Shown here piece by piece: positions 10,324 through 21,214 of a DNA stretch of 64,000 bases. The notes under the pieces were generated by a model. The model saw nothing but the letters and a program-made list of their open reading frames with translations. It was not told the DNA's origin and did not search any database. The translations under genes and the position numbers were made by a program. This DNA comes from an uncultured Halobacteria archaeon (GTDB lineage: Bacteria; Pseudomonadota; Gammaproteobacteria; UBA9214), in the NCBI GenBank assembly GCA_963847565.1, contig CAWKAE010000021.1, positions 3,303-67,302 of the forward strand. Reading direction: 5' to 3'. Numbering within the stretch: the first letter of the stretch is position 1; each line of letters starts with the position of its first letter.

Positions 10324-10701
10324 ATGCGCTTTGCCGAGGACAACAATTCGACCTACAGCATCCAGTCAGTCAGCGACGACGGGATTGTGATTAACGACAA
10401 GCTTATCAGCCGTAGCGTCCTGGTGAGTGCGAACACCGTCCAGGAATGGCCACCGTGCAGCCTGGCGGAATTGACCAGTGACCACCTTGCCCGGTGCCTG
10501 GCGCTCGACCCCGAAATCGTCCTGATTGGTACGGGAAGAAAACAGGTATTCCTGCCGGCCGGGACCATTATTAACCTGCAAGAACAGGGCATTGGTGTCG
10601 AAATCATGGCAAACCCCGCCGCCTGCCGCACTTTCAACGTTTTACTGTCCGAAGAACGCCGTGTTGTCCTGGCGTTGTTAATGGACCAGCCGGCAGCATG
10701 A
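10324..10701 (+). CDS. Mth938-like (DUF498) domain protein
   Basis: ORF 10273..10701 trimmed to the ATG at 10324 (MRFAEDNN...). The size of about 125 aa and the motif LIGTG...GIGVEIM...AACRTFN fit the family. Confidence 0.6.
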   Translation: MRFAEDNNSTYSIQSVSDDGIVINDKLISRSVLVSANTVQEWPPCSLAELTSDHLARCLALDPEIVLIGTGRKQVFLPAGTIINLQEQGIGVEIMANPAACRTFNVLLSEERRVVLALLMDQPAA

Positions 10702-10811
10702 GCTAAAGAATTCACCCCGGCTGACGATGGCTTACCAGAGCCATACCCAATATATACAGCTCGCCACGGAACGGCGAATGGTACTGATCAGCATCACAAC
10801 CAGGGACGCCC

Positions 10812-11810
10812 ATGCACAAACCCGAAATACCAGCGGATGATGCAACTCGACTCGACGCCTTGCATGGGCTATGCATTCTCGACACATTACCCGAAGAACG
10901 CTTTGACCGACTCACACGTCTGGCCAGCCGCCTGTTCGATGTACCCATCGCCCTGGTCAGCCTGGTCGACCGGAATCGCCAGTGGTTCAAATCTTGCCAG
11001 GGCCTCGCTGCCTCGGAAACACCGCGTGACATATCGTTCTGTGGTCACGCAATCCTGGGGGATGAAATCTTCGTCATTCCCGACGCGGCAGCGGATATTC
11101 GATTCCACGATAACCCGCTGGTAACCGACAAACCGCACATTCGTTTCTACGCAGGTTGTCCGCTGTCCGCACCGGATGGCAATAAACTTGGCACGCTCTG
11201 CATAATAGACCGGGTACCGCGTGAATTCGACGAAGACGATGCAAACCTGTTACGCGACCTGGCACACATGGCGGAACAGGAACTGGCGTCAATCCAGCTG
11301 GCGACCACAGATGCGCTGACACAGATTTCCAATCGGCGCGGGTTCGAGAAACTGTCAAGCTATGCACTTGGAATATGTCAACGACTGAACAAGCCTGCGT
11401 CCTTGCTGTTTTTTGACATGGACCTGTTCAAGGAAATCAACGACAATTTCGGTCATGCTGCGGGCGACCAGGCGCTGACTGGTTTCGCACAGATTTTACG
11501 GGAAGAATTCCGCACATCCGATGTGCTTGGACGGATTGGCGGCGATGAATTCGCAGTTCTGCTATCGGATACCGGAATCGAGAATATTGACGCGACACTA
11601 AGTCGGTTACAGCAGGCCGTAGACCAGTTCAATCTGGAAGCGCGCCGTGATTACGACATCCACTACAGTGTCGGTGCAATTGAATTCGACGCGGTCGATC
11701 ACACAGATATTTCCAGACTTATGGCTGCCGCCGATAAACATATGTACGAACACAAAAAACAAAAACGCGAAACCCATGGCACCGTGAAGATAGCCAATCT
11801 GGACAGATAA
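10812..11810 (+). CDS. GAF-domain diguanylate cyclase (GGDEF) with an RxxD I-site
   Basis: 332 aa. The N-terminal half is GAF-like (RFDRLT...FCGHAI...RFYAG). The C-terminus has GGDEF with RTSD five residues upstream. Confidence 0.9.
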   Translation: MHKPEIPADDATRLDALHGLCILDTLPEERFDRLTRLASRLFDVPIALVSLVDRNRQWFKSCQGLAASETPRDISFCGHAILGDEIFVIPDAAADIRFHDNPLVTDKPHIRFYAGCPLSAPDGNKLGTLCIIDRVPREFDEDDANLLRDLAHMAEQELASIQLATTDALTQISNRRGFEKLSSYALGICQRLNKPASLLFFDMDLFKEINDNFGHAAGDQALTGFAQILREEFRTSDVLGRIGGDEFAVLLSDTGIENIDATLSRLQQAVDQFNLEARRDYDIHYSVGAIEFDAVDHTDISRLMAAADKHMYEHKKQKRETHGTVKIANLDR

Positions 11811-12020
11811 CCCTGCCCGTCGCATACCAGCGACAGGGTATCCACATAGGAATCCGGCAGTTAAGTTAATCTCGCTGGAAAGCGTCGCGAATCAGAAACA
11901 GATGACCCGATGAAACGGGTTGCCGGCATCATTAAGTTGCTGTTTCAGGACTGAAAACACCGGCTGGCATGCCAATTGCTCCTCTCCATAACGTAGTTTC
12001 TACTATACAAGGAGAACAAC

Positions 12021-12269
12021 ATGCAATTAATCAGGAGCCAGACCAAACTGGATATCGTTGTGCACGTCGATGAACAACTTGATGAGCAAAACAGACTACG
12101 TGTCGCGCATGCATTAACAAAGGCCAAGGGGGTTGAGCGCGCGCATTTTACCAATGAAAGACATCACCTGCTCGTTGTAGGTTACGATCCAGACAGCACC
12201 AGTTCATCGCAAATCCTCAAACTCGTCAGAAAGCAACAGCTGCACGCTCAACTCGTCGGCGGCCTCTGA
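12021..12269 (+). CDS. small hypothetical protein (82 aa), with a beta-alpha-beta-beta-alpha-beta pattern like HMA folds but without cysteines
   Basis: The ATG is preceded by AGGAGA at a 6-nt spacing. A near-perfect 13-bp-stem hairpin lies downstream at 12309-12345. I recognise no family. Confidence 0.45.
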   Translation: MQLIRSQTKLDIVVHVDEQLDEQNRLRVAHALTKAKGVERAHFTNERHHLLVVGYDPDSTSSSQILKLVRKQQLHAQLVGGL

Positions 12270-12480
12270 TAGCACAGATTTCCGCGCATCTGCATTAACA
12301 TGACTGGATTGCGGGTAGCCGTTATATGAGTGGCTGCCCGCAATTAGCTGGCGTAATAAGCGGAAAAGACGAAAACAATCGAATAACAACGAATCACCGT
12401 TGCGTACACTTCCTGCCGGCTGAGATTATGCCGGCGAGGTGAGATCAGACTGGATCAATGCCTCGCGCGAATGTGTGCGG

Positions 12481-13398
12481 TTATTTCAACAAGGCATCCA
12501 CCGAGATGCCCTCCTGCTCCAGGATCTTGCGCAGCTTCTTCAGCGCATCCATCTGTATCTGGCGCACGCGCTCACGGGTCACACCGATTTCCCGGCCGAC
12601 CTCTTCAAGCGTCGATACGGAATAACCGTGCAGACCGAAACGGCGTTCCACCACTTCGCGCTGTTTGTCAGATAACTGTGCAAGACAGTCCTCAATATTG
12701 TTGTGTATTTCATCTTCCTGCAGCACGTCGGTCGGATCCTGGACATGCTCATCCGCAATGGTATCCAGCAGGGTCTTGCCCGAGTCATTCAGAATCGTCG
12801 AGTCAGTCGACGCGGTACGCTCGTTGAGCCCCAGCATCTTTTCGACATCCTTGATCGGCTTGTGCAACAACTCGGCGATTTCTTCAGCACTCGGCTCATG
12901 ATCGAGCTTCTGCGCAAGTCCGCGCGCAGCGCGTAAATATGTGTTGATCTCTTTCACAACGTGAATCGGCAGACGAATCGTGCGCGTCTGGTTCATGATG
13001 GCGCGCTCGATAGTCTGGCGTATCCACCAGGTCGCATACGTGGAAAAGCGAAAGCCGCGCTCGGGATCAAACTTCTCGACGGCACGAATCAGGCCGAGAT
13101 TGCCCTCCTCGATCAGGTCGAGCAGTGCCAGCCCACGATTTAAATAACGCCGTGCGATTTTAACAACCAGGCGCAGGTTACTTTCAATCATGCGCTTGCG
13201 CCCCGCTTCGTCACCGCGCTGCGCCAGCCGTGAGAACTTGACTTCTTCCTCGGCCGTCAGCAGCGGTGACGCACCGATCTCGTTAAGATAGAGACGCGTT
13301 GGATCGTGACTTTCGGAAGATTTACCTGTAACGGTACCGCGGGTCGTCGATTGACGGCCAGTCTGACGTTTTACCTTGTCGTCGGAGCCCTGTGCCAT
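12481..13398 (-). CDS. rpoS: RNA polymerase sigma factor RpoS (sigma-38)
   Basis: 305 aa covering sigma-70 regions 1.2 to 4.2. It lies immediately downstream of nlpD. Confidence 0.93.
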   Translation of the reverse strand: MAQGSDDKVKRQTGRQSTTRGTVTGKSSESHDPTRLYLNEIGASPLLTAEEEVKFSRLAQRGDEAGRKRMIESNLRLVVKIARRYLNRGLALLDLIEEGNLGLIRAVEKFDPERGFRFSTYATWWIRQTIERAIMNQTRTIRLPIHVVKEINTYLRAARGLAQKLDHEPSAEEIAELLHKPIKDVEKMLGLNERTASTDSTILNDSGKTLLDTIADEHVQDPTDVLQEDEIHNNIEDCLAQLSDKQREVVERRFGLHGYSVSTLEEVGREIGVTRERVRQIQMDALKKLRKILEQEGISVDALLK

Positions 13399-13464
13399 GG
13401 CACACCCCCCTGCTCGCCCGCAATGGATACGTGTGTACCCGTCGCCAAACGTGCGTGAACCCGA

Positions 13465-14319
13465 TCAGTTCCTGGGCAGGTATTGCATGGGATTTACCGG
13501 CTTGCCATCTTTGCGAATTTCGAAATACAGCGCAGTTCGGTTGGTGCCACTATTCCCCATCTTGGCGATCATTGCGCCAGCCTTGACGTGATCACCCTCT
13601 GCTACCAGCAGCTTGCTGTTATGTCCGTAGGCACTGAGCAGGTTTTCGTTATGTTTAATGATAATAAGCCTGCCGTAGCCTACAAGTCCACTCCCGGCGT
13701 AAACCACCCGCCCGCTGGCGGCCGCCTTGACGGGTTGTGCATGGTGACCACCGATATCAATGCCTTTCTTGCCGGTGGCATTTGGCTGAAAACCACGCAG
13801 CACCCGGCCCCGCGTCGGCCAGAGCCATTGACCATCGAAAGCGGCACCCGCCGGGGGTGATGATTTTGCAGGTACCGGCTGTTGTGGGGCTGTTTTAGGC
13901 ACCGATACCACCGGTTTCGGCGCCGTTGCCACCACCGGCGCCGGCGGCTGATTGCCTGGCAACGACTGAATCCTGACCGGTGCCGCGGCCTGTACGGCAG
14001 CGCTGACCCGCAATTTCTGCCCGGGATAAATGGTATAGGGCGGATGAATCCGGTTCTGGCCGGCCAGCTCACCGACGGTGAGGCCATGCTGCCAGGCAAC
14101 CGAGTACAGGGTGTCTCCCCGGCGCACCGTGTATTGGTCCGGCCTCGCGGCACCCGGTCGACTCATCGTCCGCGCCGGCTGTGTGACCACCGCGCCACCC
14201 GGGCGTGAAACAGTCGTTTCATGCCGTGGCTGCTCACCCCGCGTCGACACGGGCGCACGGGCCGTTGAAGAACACCCGTACAGGACTGCAACCAGCAGGA
14301 CCAGGAAGAATAGCCGCAT
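13465..14319 (-). CDS. nlpD: murein hydrolase activator NlpD (LysM plus M23 lipoprotein)
   Basis: ORF trimmed to the ATG at 14319 (MRLFFLVLLVAVLYGC lipobox). It has a LysM domain (YTVRRGDTLYSVAW), a Pro/Ala linker and an M23 domain. Confidence 0.9.
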   Translation of the reverse strand: MRLFFLVLLVAVLYGCSSTARAPVSTRGEQPRHETTVSRPGGAVVTQPARTMSRPGAARPDQYTVRRGDTLYSVAWQHGLTVGELAGQNRIHPPYTIYPGQKLRVSAAVQAAAPVRIQSLPGNQPPAPVVATAPKPVVSVPKTAPQQPVPAKSSPPAGAAFDGQWLWPTRGRVLRGFQPNATGKKGIDIGGHHAQPVKAAASGRVVYAGSGLVGYGRLIIIKHNENLLSAYGHNSKLLVAEGDHVKAGAMIAKMGNSGTNRTALYFEIRKDGKPVNPMQYLPRN

Positions 14320-14320
14320 G

Positions 14321-14896
14321 TTACTTGAAGTAGAAATAGGCACCGAAGGCAAGCACCACGACCGCCCAGCCCAGCCATTCGACCCAGATTCGCAAATTTT
14401 CTTCCATACGCGGCCCGCCCCAGGCCATCAGTGTCGACACCAGGAAGAAACGGCCGCCCCGGCCGAGAAAGGAACCGGCTACGAACAATGGCAGGTTCAT
14501 ACCGAGCGTACCGGCGGCAATGGTAAAAACCTTGTACGGAATCGGTGAAAAACCGGCGATGAGAATCGCCCAGAACCCCCATCGCTCGAACCAGTCGCGA
14601 CTATGCAGGTATTTTTCCCAGTAGTGCGATTCCTGCAACCAGGGCTGGATGAGTTCGAAACCGTAGGCGCCGATGAGGTAACCGAACAGCCCGCCAATAA
14701 CCGAGGCCAGCGTTGTTATCGCAGCGTAGCCGAGAGCGCGCTCCGGCTTTGCCATACTCATTGGCGCCAGCATGACATCCGGCGGTATCGGGAAAAACGA
14801 TGACTCCGCGAAACTAAGCGCCGAGAGATACCGCACGGCATACCGGTGACGCGACCATTGCATACACTTGTCGTATAAACCGGTAAATATTTTCAT
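14321..14896 (-). CDS. YqaA/DedA-like membrane protein
   Basis: About 190 aa with the motif ESSFFPIPPDV and four or five TM segments. The ATG at 14896 overlaps the stop of frame-corrected pcm (TGATG). Confidence 0.8.
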   Translation of the reverse strand: MKIFTGLYDKCMQWSRHRYAVRYLSALSFAESSFFPIPPDVMLAPMSMAKPERALGYAAITTLASVIGGLFGYLIGAYGFELIQPWLQESHYWEKYLHSRDWFERWGFWAILIAGFSPIPYKVFTIAAGTLGMNLPLFVAGSFLGRGGRFFLVSTLMAWGGPRMEENLRIWVEWLGWAVVVLAFGAYFYFK

Positions 14897-15529
14897 CACG
14901 CCTGTCCTGTCAGCAAGGGAACGAATATAACCGGGTCCAGCTCTTCGTGTTCAAAGATTATTATCATTGCGAGTGACCAGCATCAGTGTCTGCCGGGCGC
15001 GGCTGCCGACCGGGATAATCAGTCGACCGCCCTCAGGGGACAATTGTTCCAGCAATGCGTCCGGAATTTCTTCGGCCGCAGCCGTGGTAATGATGGCGTC
15101 ATAAGGTGCAAATTCCGGCAGACCTTCGGTCCCGTCCGTGTAACTGGCGCGTACATTGCGAATACCGAGCTTGCGGAAACGCTGGCGCGCCTGGGTTGCC
15201 AGCGGCTCGATACGCTCGACGGTATAGACCTTGTCCACCAGCGGCGCCAGCACGGCCGCCTGGTAACCGGAGCCCGTACCGATCTCCAGCACCTTGCCGG
15301 GATTATTACGCGTTACCAGGTCCGTCATCACGGCCACGATATAGGGCTGTGAAATCGTCTGGTTGTAACCGATCGGCAGCGCCGTGTCCTCGTAGGCGCG
15401 ACTGGCCAGCGCCTCGTCCACGAACAGGTGCCGGGGTGTATTGCCAATAACATCGAGTACCTTTTCGTTGCGGATGCCCTTCTCGCGCAGACGCTCGACC
15501 AGGCGGTCACGCGTGCGTTGCGAAGTCAT
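14896..15529 (-). CDS. pcm: protein-L-isoaspartate O-methyltransferase, with the frame broken 20 codons before its conserved C-terminus
   Basis: The listed ORF 14951..15556 has the SAM motif (LEIGTGSGY) but stops at ...TRNDNNL*. The +1 frame continues [18 protein letters not shown], the conserved Pcm C-terminus. I take the start at ATG 15529 ([10 protein letters not shown]). Confidence 0.88.
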
Positions 15530-15559
15530 GCCGATACCACGGTCAGTCGCTATCAAGGT

Positions 15560-16312
15560 TCAGGGCTCCTGCTGACCGAGCCAACTGGCCAGTGTGTCAA
15601 TTGCATCATAGCGCGTCAGGTCAACGTCCAGCGGCGTCACCGACACATAGCCGTCACGTACCGCATGAAAGTCGGTACCGGGCCCGGCATCCTGCTCCAG
15701 GCCACAGGGGCCGACCCAGTACACCGGGCGCCCGCGCGGATCTTCCATACGAACAACCGGTTCCGACTTGTGCCGGTGGCCGAGACGCGTCGCCTGCACA
15801 CCTTTCAATGCGTCCCAGGGTACGTCCGGCACATTCACATTGAGGATCGTATCTGCCGGCAAGGCGCCCGCCATAACCCGTTGCACCAGGTCGACGGTGA
15901 CCCTTGCTGCCGTTTCGTAATGCGTCGGTTTGTCCGTCACCAGCGACACTGCGATCGCGGGAAAGCCGAGGAACCGGCCTTCCATGGCCGCTGCCACGGT
16001 ACCGGAATACAGCACGTCATCGCCCAGATTGGCACCCGAGTTGATGCCGGCGACAACCATGTCCGGTTCCCGGTCCAGCAGACCGGTTATCGCCAGGTGC
16101 ACGCAGTCGGTCGGCGTGCCATCCACGAAGGTGAAGCCGTTCTCGCCCTCACGGGCACGAATCGGGTTGTCCAGCGTCAGCGAATTACTGGCGCCGCTGC
16201 GATCCCGGTCCGGTGCGACTACCCGGATATCGGCAATAGTGGCCAGCGCGCTGGCCAGCGCGGCAATCCCCCGGGACTGGTAGCCGTCGTCGTTACTGAT
16301 CAGGATATTCAT
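15560..16312 (-). CDS. surE: 5'/3'-nucleotidase SurE
   Basis: ORF trimmed to ATG 16312 ([11 protein letters not shown]). It shows surE-pcm synteny. Confidence 0.93.
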   Translation of the reverse strand: MNILISNDDGYQSRGIAALASALATIADIRVVAPDRDRSGASNSLTLDNPIRAREGENGFTFVDGTPTDCVHLAITGLLDREPDMVVAGINSGANLGDDVLYSGTVAAAMEGRFLGFPAIAVSLVTDKPTHYETAARVTVDLVQRVMAGALPADTILNVNVPDVPWDALKGVQATRLGHRHKSEPVVRMEDPRGRPVYWVGPCGLEQDAGPGTDFHAVRDGYVSVTPLDVDLTRYDAIDTLASWLGQQEP

Positions 16313-16451
16313 ATAACCGGCAGTGAGCCACTTCCCCAAAGCTGTTTAGTATAAAGACTAAGACGTCCCGGCGACACCGACATTCAACCTGTTGCAAGCA
16401 CCACGGGATGCGGTTACGGTTTCCACGCTCATACCGGGCGCGGAAATCACC

Positions 16452-17003
16452 ATGAGTTCAGGCAAAAAACCGACTGACGAGGAAATCGACCTGTTTCGCC
16501 GCAGCATCGGTCCGGTGCGTACGCTGACGTCCGACCGGATAGCACCTGCCAGCCGGTCACGCCCGCCGCGACCACGACCAGACCGCGCGGCAGATACAGC
16601 GGGGACACACCTCGATACATTCTCCGATATGTTCGATGCCGGCAAGGTCACCCCGGAAGACACGCTGTACTTTGCCCGCCCGGGATTACAGCAACGCCTG
16701 CTGCAGCGTTTCAAGCGCGGACAACTCGCCACCGGCGATGAACTGGACATGCATGGCATGTCCGCCGCCCAGGCCCGGATTGCAGTGCTGGCATTCATCG
16801 ACGACTGCCGGGCTCACGGGTCACGCTGCGTACGCATCATCCACGGCAAGGGCTATGGCTCCGCGCACGATGCGCCGGTCCTGAAGAACCGCCTGAACAG
16901 CTGGCTGCGACAGCACCACGACGTGCTTGCATTCAGCTCCGCAACACAACGCGACGGCGGCGCCGGCGCATTGTATGTGCTGCTGCGTGTGCAACGCGAT
17001 TGA
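16452..17003 (+). CDS. Smr (MutS2-related) domain protein
   Basis: ORF trimmed to ATG 16452. The C-terminal Smr domain reads LDMHGM...IIHGKGYGS...LKNRLNSWL. Confidence 0.85.
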   Translation: MSSGKKPTDEEIDLFRRSIGPVRTLTSDRIAPASRSRPPRPRPDRAADTAGTHLDTFSDMFDAGKVTPEDTLYFARPGLQQRLLQRFKRGQLATGDELDMHGMSAAQARIAVLAFIDDCRAHGSRCVRIIHGKGYGSAHDAPVLKNRLNSWLRQHHDVLAFSSATQRDGGAGALYVLLRVQRD

Positions 17004-17071
17004 CAGCACCCCGCCATACCCTATTCCGGCATAACCACCTTCAACACATCATTTGCTGATGGCAATGCCAT

Positions 17072-17122
17072 TGTAGGAGCGCACCGCGTGCGCGATTGTT
17101 CGCGGATGCGATCCGCTCCTAC
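17072..17122. repeat. REP-like inverted repeat, T-family copy 2
   Basis: It reads tgtaggagcgcaccgcgtgcgcgat tgt tcgcggatgcgatccgctcctaca, with the same arms as 2109-2178. Confidence 0.6.
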
Positions 17123-17173
17123 AGCTACTGTCTGCCTATCTATGTGAATTTGAGATCTCTCTACATGTTTATA

Positions 17174-17291
17174 GCTGGATTCCCGCCTCGGCTTTGGCGT
17201 CCTGCGTCGCGCTACTAACTGCATGACGCAGGCCAGCCTCTCACTCGCTACGCGAGCTCACCTTCTCCAAGCAGTCGTGCGCGGGAATGAC
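17174..17291 (-). repeat. MITE-like element, C-family copy 2 (long variant, reverse orientation)
   Basis: The reverse complement begins gtcattcccgcgcacgactgc and ends gccaaagccgaggcgggaatccagc. It aligns with 59604-59724 and 7326-7401. Confidence 0.7.
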
Positions 17292-17323
17292 GTGGGCGGG
17301 GACGCAGGGTGCCTCAAGTGGCA

Positions 17324-18360
17324 TCACGTGCGTGTATCAACCAGCTCTCTCAGTACACTCGTGGCATAACTGCCGGGCGGCAGGCTGAAGTTCAATTCCA
17401 GCTCCGACTCTGTCAGCCATTGCCAGGCTAGCGAGCCGATCGGCAGACGCAGTGAACGCCGATCATTACGGACACCCGCCGCATCCAGCCCCTGCGTTAT
17501 GTCCTGGAAATCCGGCAAGGACGGACGCTTCAATGGCCAGGCATTTGCCCGTCACCGGCACATTGCCGCGACCGCACAGTGGACCGGTTGGATGTACATC
17601 CAGCATACGAACACGCTGCAACAGTTCGTCATCAACGGTCTCGGCGATAAAGAAACTGTGACTGCCCTCGAGCTGCAAGGCATCGCCCGCGACCGGGGTA
17701 TCCCAGCAGTGCATGGCAATACGTTCGGACAACACCCGGTTAAACAGCAGCGAACGCGCAGACGACAGGGCCATACTGCGCTGGTTGCGTGACAGGCGCA
17801 GCCGCGGATTGGCAAACAGTCGTTCGGCCGTGCGCAGGTTGCTGCCATTGCGCCCAAAACGCTGCTCGCCGAAATAATTCGGCACACCGGCAGCTGACAT
17901 TATTGCAAGCCGCGCCTCGCAGGCATCCCGGTCTCCGGCTATGTTACGCACCACTATCCGGAATTCATTACCGCGTAATGCGCCGCGCTGGAGTTTGCGG
18001 GCATGGCGGGCATGCCGGAGTATGACCAGGTCATCACTCGCCAGCGCGCTCCAGTCCGGATCATCCGCGCCCGGCAGGTGCACCGAGAACCACTGTTCGG
18101 TCACGGCATTGCGGTCCTTCAGCCCGGCATAACTGACATTACGCGGATGTACACCGGCGTGCCTGGCGAGCTGTTCGGCGATCGTGATGGTTGTTGCATT
18201 GCGTTTCTGCACCTGGACCCAGGCATGCTCGCCCGCGCCATCCGGTTCCAGCAACGGGTATTTCCCGAACCTGGAAATCTTCCGGTGTGGTACGGATATT
18301 TCCCTGCACCGGCGGCTGGCCATACGCATAGGCCAGCGAAACAGTCGCGAGATCGAGCAC
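17324..18360 (-). pseudogene. truD: tRNA pseudouridine(13) synthase TruD, split by two +1 frame breaks
   Basis: Three consecutive ORFs carry the protein. 18139..18360 holds the N-terminus (PEDFQVRE). 17466..18329 holds the core (GLKDRNAVTEQWF, PNYFGEQRFG). 17324..17533 holds the C-terminus (LPPGSYATSVLREL). The 1037-nt span minus 2 gives 344 aa. Confidence 0.85.
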
Positions 18361-18374
18361 CTGGATGTATCGGC

Positions 18375-18845
18375 TCAGTCGTTCAGCAGGACAACTGCAA
18401 AGGCGGCGATACCTTCGCCACGACCAGTGAAACCCAGGTGTTCCGTTGTCGTGGCCTTGATATTGACCTGCGCTGCAGTCACTGCCAGGTCGGCACTGAT
18501 GTATTCGCGCATTTCGGCAATATGCGGTGACAGGCGCGGCGCCTGCGCCACGACCGTGATATCGGCGTTCGACAGCGACAAACCTTCTTCCTGCAGCATG
18601 TCATTGACCTTGCGCAGCAGGATACGACTGTCGATATTGCGCCAGACAGGATTGTCCGGCGGGAAGTAGTTACCAATATCACCCAGCCCGGCAGCACCCA
18701 GCAGGGCATCGCACAAAGCGTGCAGGACCACATCACCATCGGAGTGTGCCACGATGCCGCGATCAAACGGAATCGTGACACCACCGAGCACGACGAAACT
18801 GCCGTCACCGAATGCATGCACATCAACACCCTGCCCGATTTTCAT
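18375..18845 (-). CDS. ispF: 2-C-methyl-D-erythritol 2,4-cyclodiphosphate synthase
   Basis: ORF trimmed to ATG 18845 (MKIGQGVDVHAF...), 156 aa. It has an ATGA overlap with ispD. Confidence 0.93.
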   Translation of the reverse strand: MKIGQGVDVHAFGDGSFVVLGGVTIPFDRGIVAHSDGDVVLHALCDALLGAAGLGDIGNYFPPDNPVWRNIDSRILLRKVNDMLQEEGLSLSNADITVVAQAPRLSPHIAEMREYISADLAVTAAQVNIKATTTEHLGFTGRGEGIAAFAVVLLND

Positions 18846-19552
18846 GTGTATTTCCTCGCCTGTAAATAAAATTTCGCCAGTGCCAGATCGGCCGGTAGCG
18901 TGATCTTGATATTGTCGCGATGGCCCTGGATCATGCGTGGACGATGCCCGGCCAGTTCCATCGCGGCCGCCTCGTCTGTCACCACTCGACCACTGGACAG
19001 GGCCTTTTCCAGCGCTGCGTGTAACGGGCCCAGGCGGAACATCTGCGGTGTCAGGGCGTGCCACAAACCCTCGCGTGACACGGTCTGCTCGATCCGCCCG
19101 TCCGCACTCACCTGTTTCATGGTATCGGCCACCGGGACACCCAGCAACCCACCGGTCATGTCACCCGCAAGCGCATCAATCAGGGCGTCGACATCCGCCG
19201 GCCGCAGGCAGGGCCGCGCCGCGTCGTGTACCAGCACCCAGTCATTCGCATCAGCTGTCTGCGCGATATGCGCCAGCGCATTGAGTACCGAGTGACAGCG
19301 CTCCTCGCCACCGGTCACCGTTTCAAGCGGCCGCCTGCTGTAACGGGCGGCTATCCCGGGCCAGATGTCATCATCCGCGCTGACGACAACCACGATCGAC
19401 TGGATGCGCGTGCAGTCAAGCAACGCGTCAAGGGTATGTTCGATGACAGTTTTATCGCCGATTTCCAGGTATTGCTTGGGAATGCCGGACGCCATGCGCC
19501 GACCGGCGCCGGCTGCCGGAACTATGACCCGGTAGTTGGCATCTGCTTGCAT
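18842..19552 (-). CDS. ispD: 2-C-methyl-D-erythritol 4-phosphate cytidylyltransferase
   Basis: 236 aa with the motif VPAAGAGRRM. It shows ftsB-ispD-ispF synteny. Confidence 0.93.
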   Translation of the reverse strand: MQADANYRVIVPAAGAGRRMASGIPKQYLEIGDKTVIEHTLDALLDCTRIQSIVVVVSADDDIWPGIAARYSRRPLETVTGGEERCHSVLNALAHIAQTADANDWVLVHDAARPCLRPADVDALIDALAGDMTGGLLGVPVADTMKQVSADGRIEQTVSREGLWHALTPQMFRLGPLHAALEKALSSGRVVTDEAAAMELAGHRPRMIQGHRDNIKITLPADLALAKFYLQARKYT

Positions 19553-19822
19553 CTATTCAACGATCTGGTAGAAGGTTTCGCCGTCCTTGACCATGCCCAG
19601 GTCTTCACGCGCATGTTCCTCGATGGCGTCATGGCCCTGTTGCAGATCACGCACCTCGGCATCCAGCACGGCATTGCGCTCATGCAGCCGACTGTTTTCC
19701 TCGCGCTGGGCTTCCACCTCGTCACGCAACTGGAAGACCTCGATCAGGTTACCGTCACCGAACCACACGCGGTACTGCAGGTAACCGAGCAGCAACACCA
19801 ACAGTACGACAACGGCCTTCAT
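19553..19822 (-). CDS. ftsB: cell division protein FtsB
   Basis: 89 aa with one N-terminal TM helix followed by a coiled coil. It sits between eno and ispD. Confidence 0.85.
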   Translation of the reverse strand: MKAVVVLLVLLLGYLQYRVWFGDGNLIEVFQLRDEVEAQREENSRLHERNAVLDAEVRDLQQGHDAIEEHAREDLGMVKDGETFYQIVE

Positions 19823-19874
19823 ACGCTCGCATACCCCGCATGCGCATTACCGACAGACTTGCCGGCCCGCGGCA

Positions 19875-21196
<1,322 letters not shown>

Positions 21197-21214
21197 TTAA
21201 AGAAACCTGATCAA

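Noticed and set aside
12270-12480. RsmZ-like small RNA downstream of rpoS (the position known from Pseudomonas)
   Set aside because: Only two GGA motifs are present on the relevant strand, and there is no series of GGA-loop hairpins.
15428-16354. 308-aa plus-strand ORF opposite pcm and surE
   Set aside because: It is an antisense shadow ORF of two conserved genes, with no recognisable domain.
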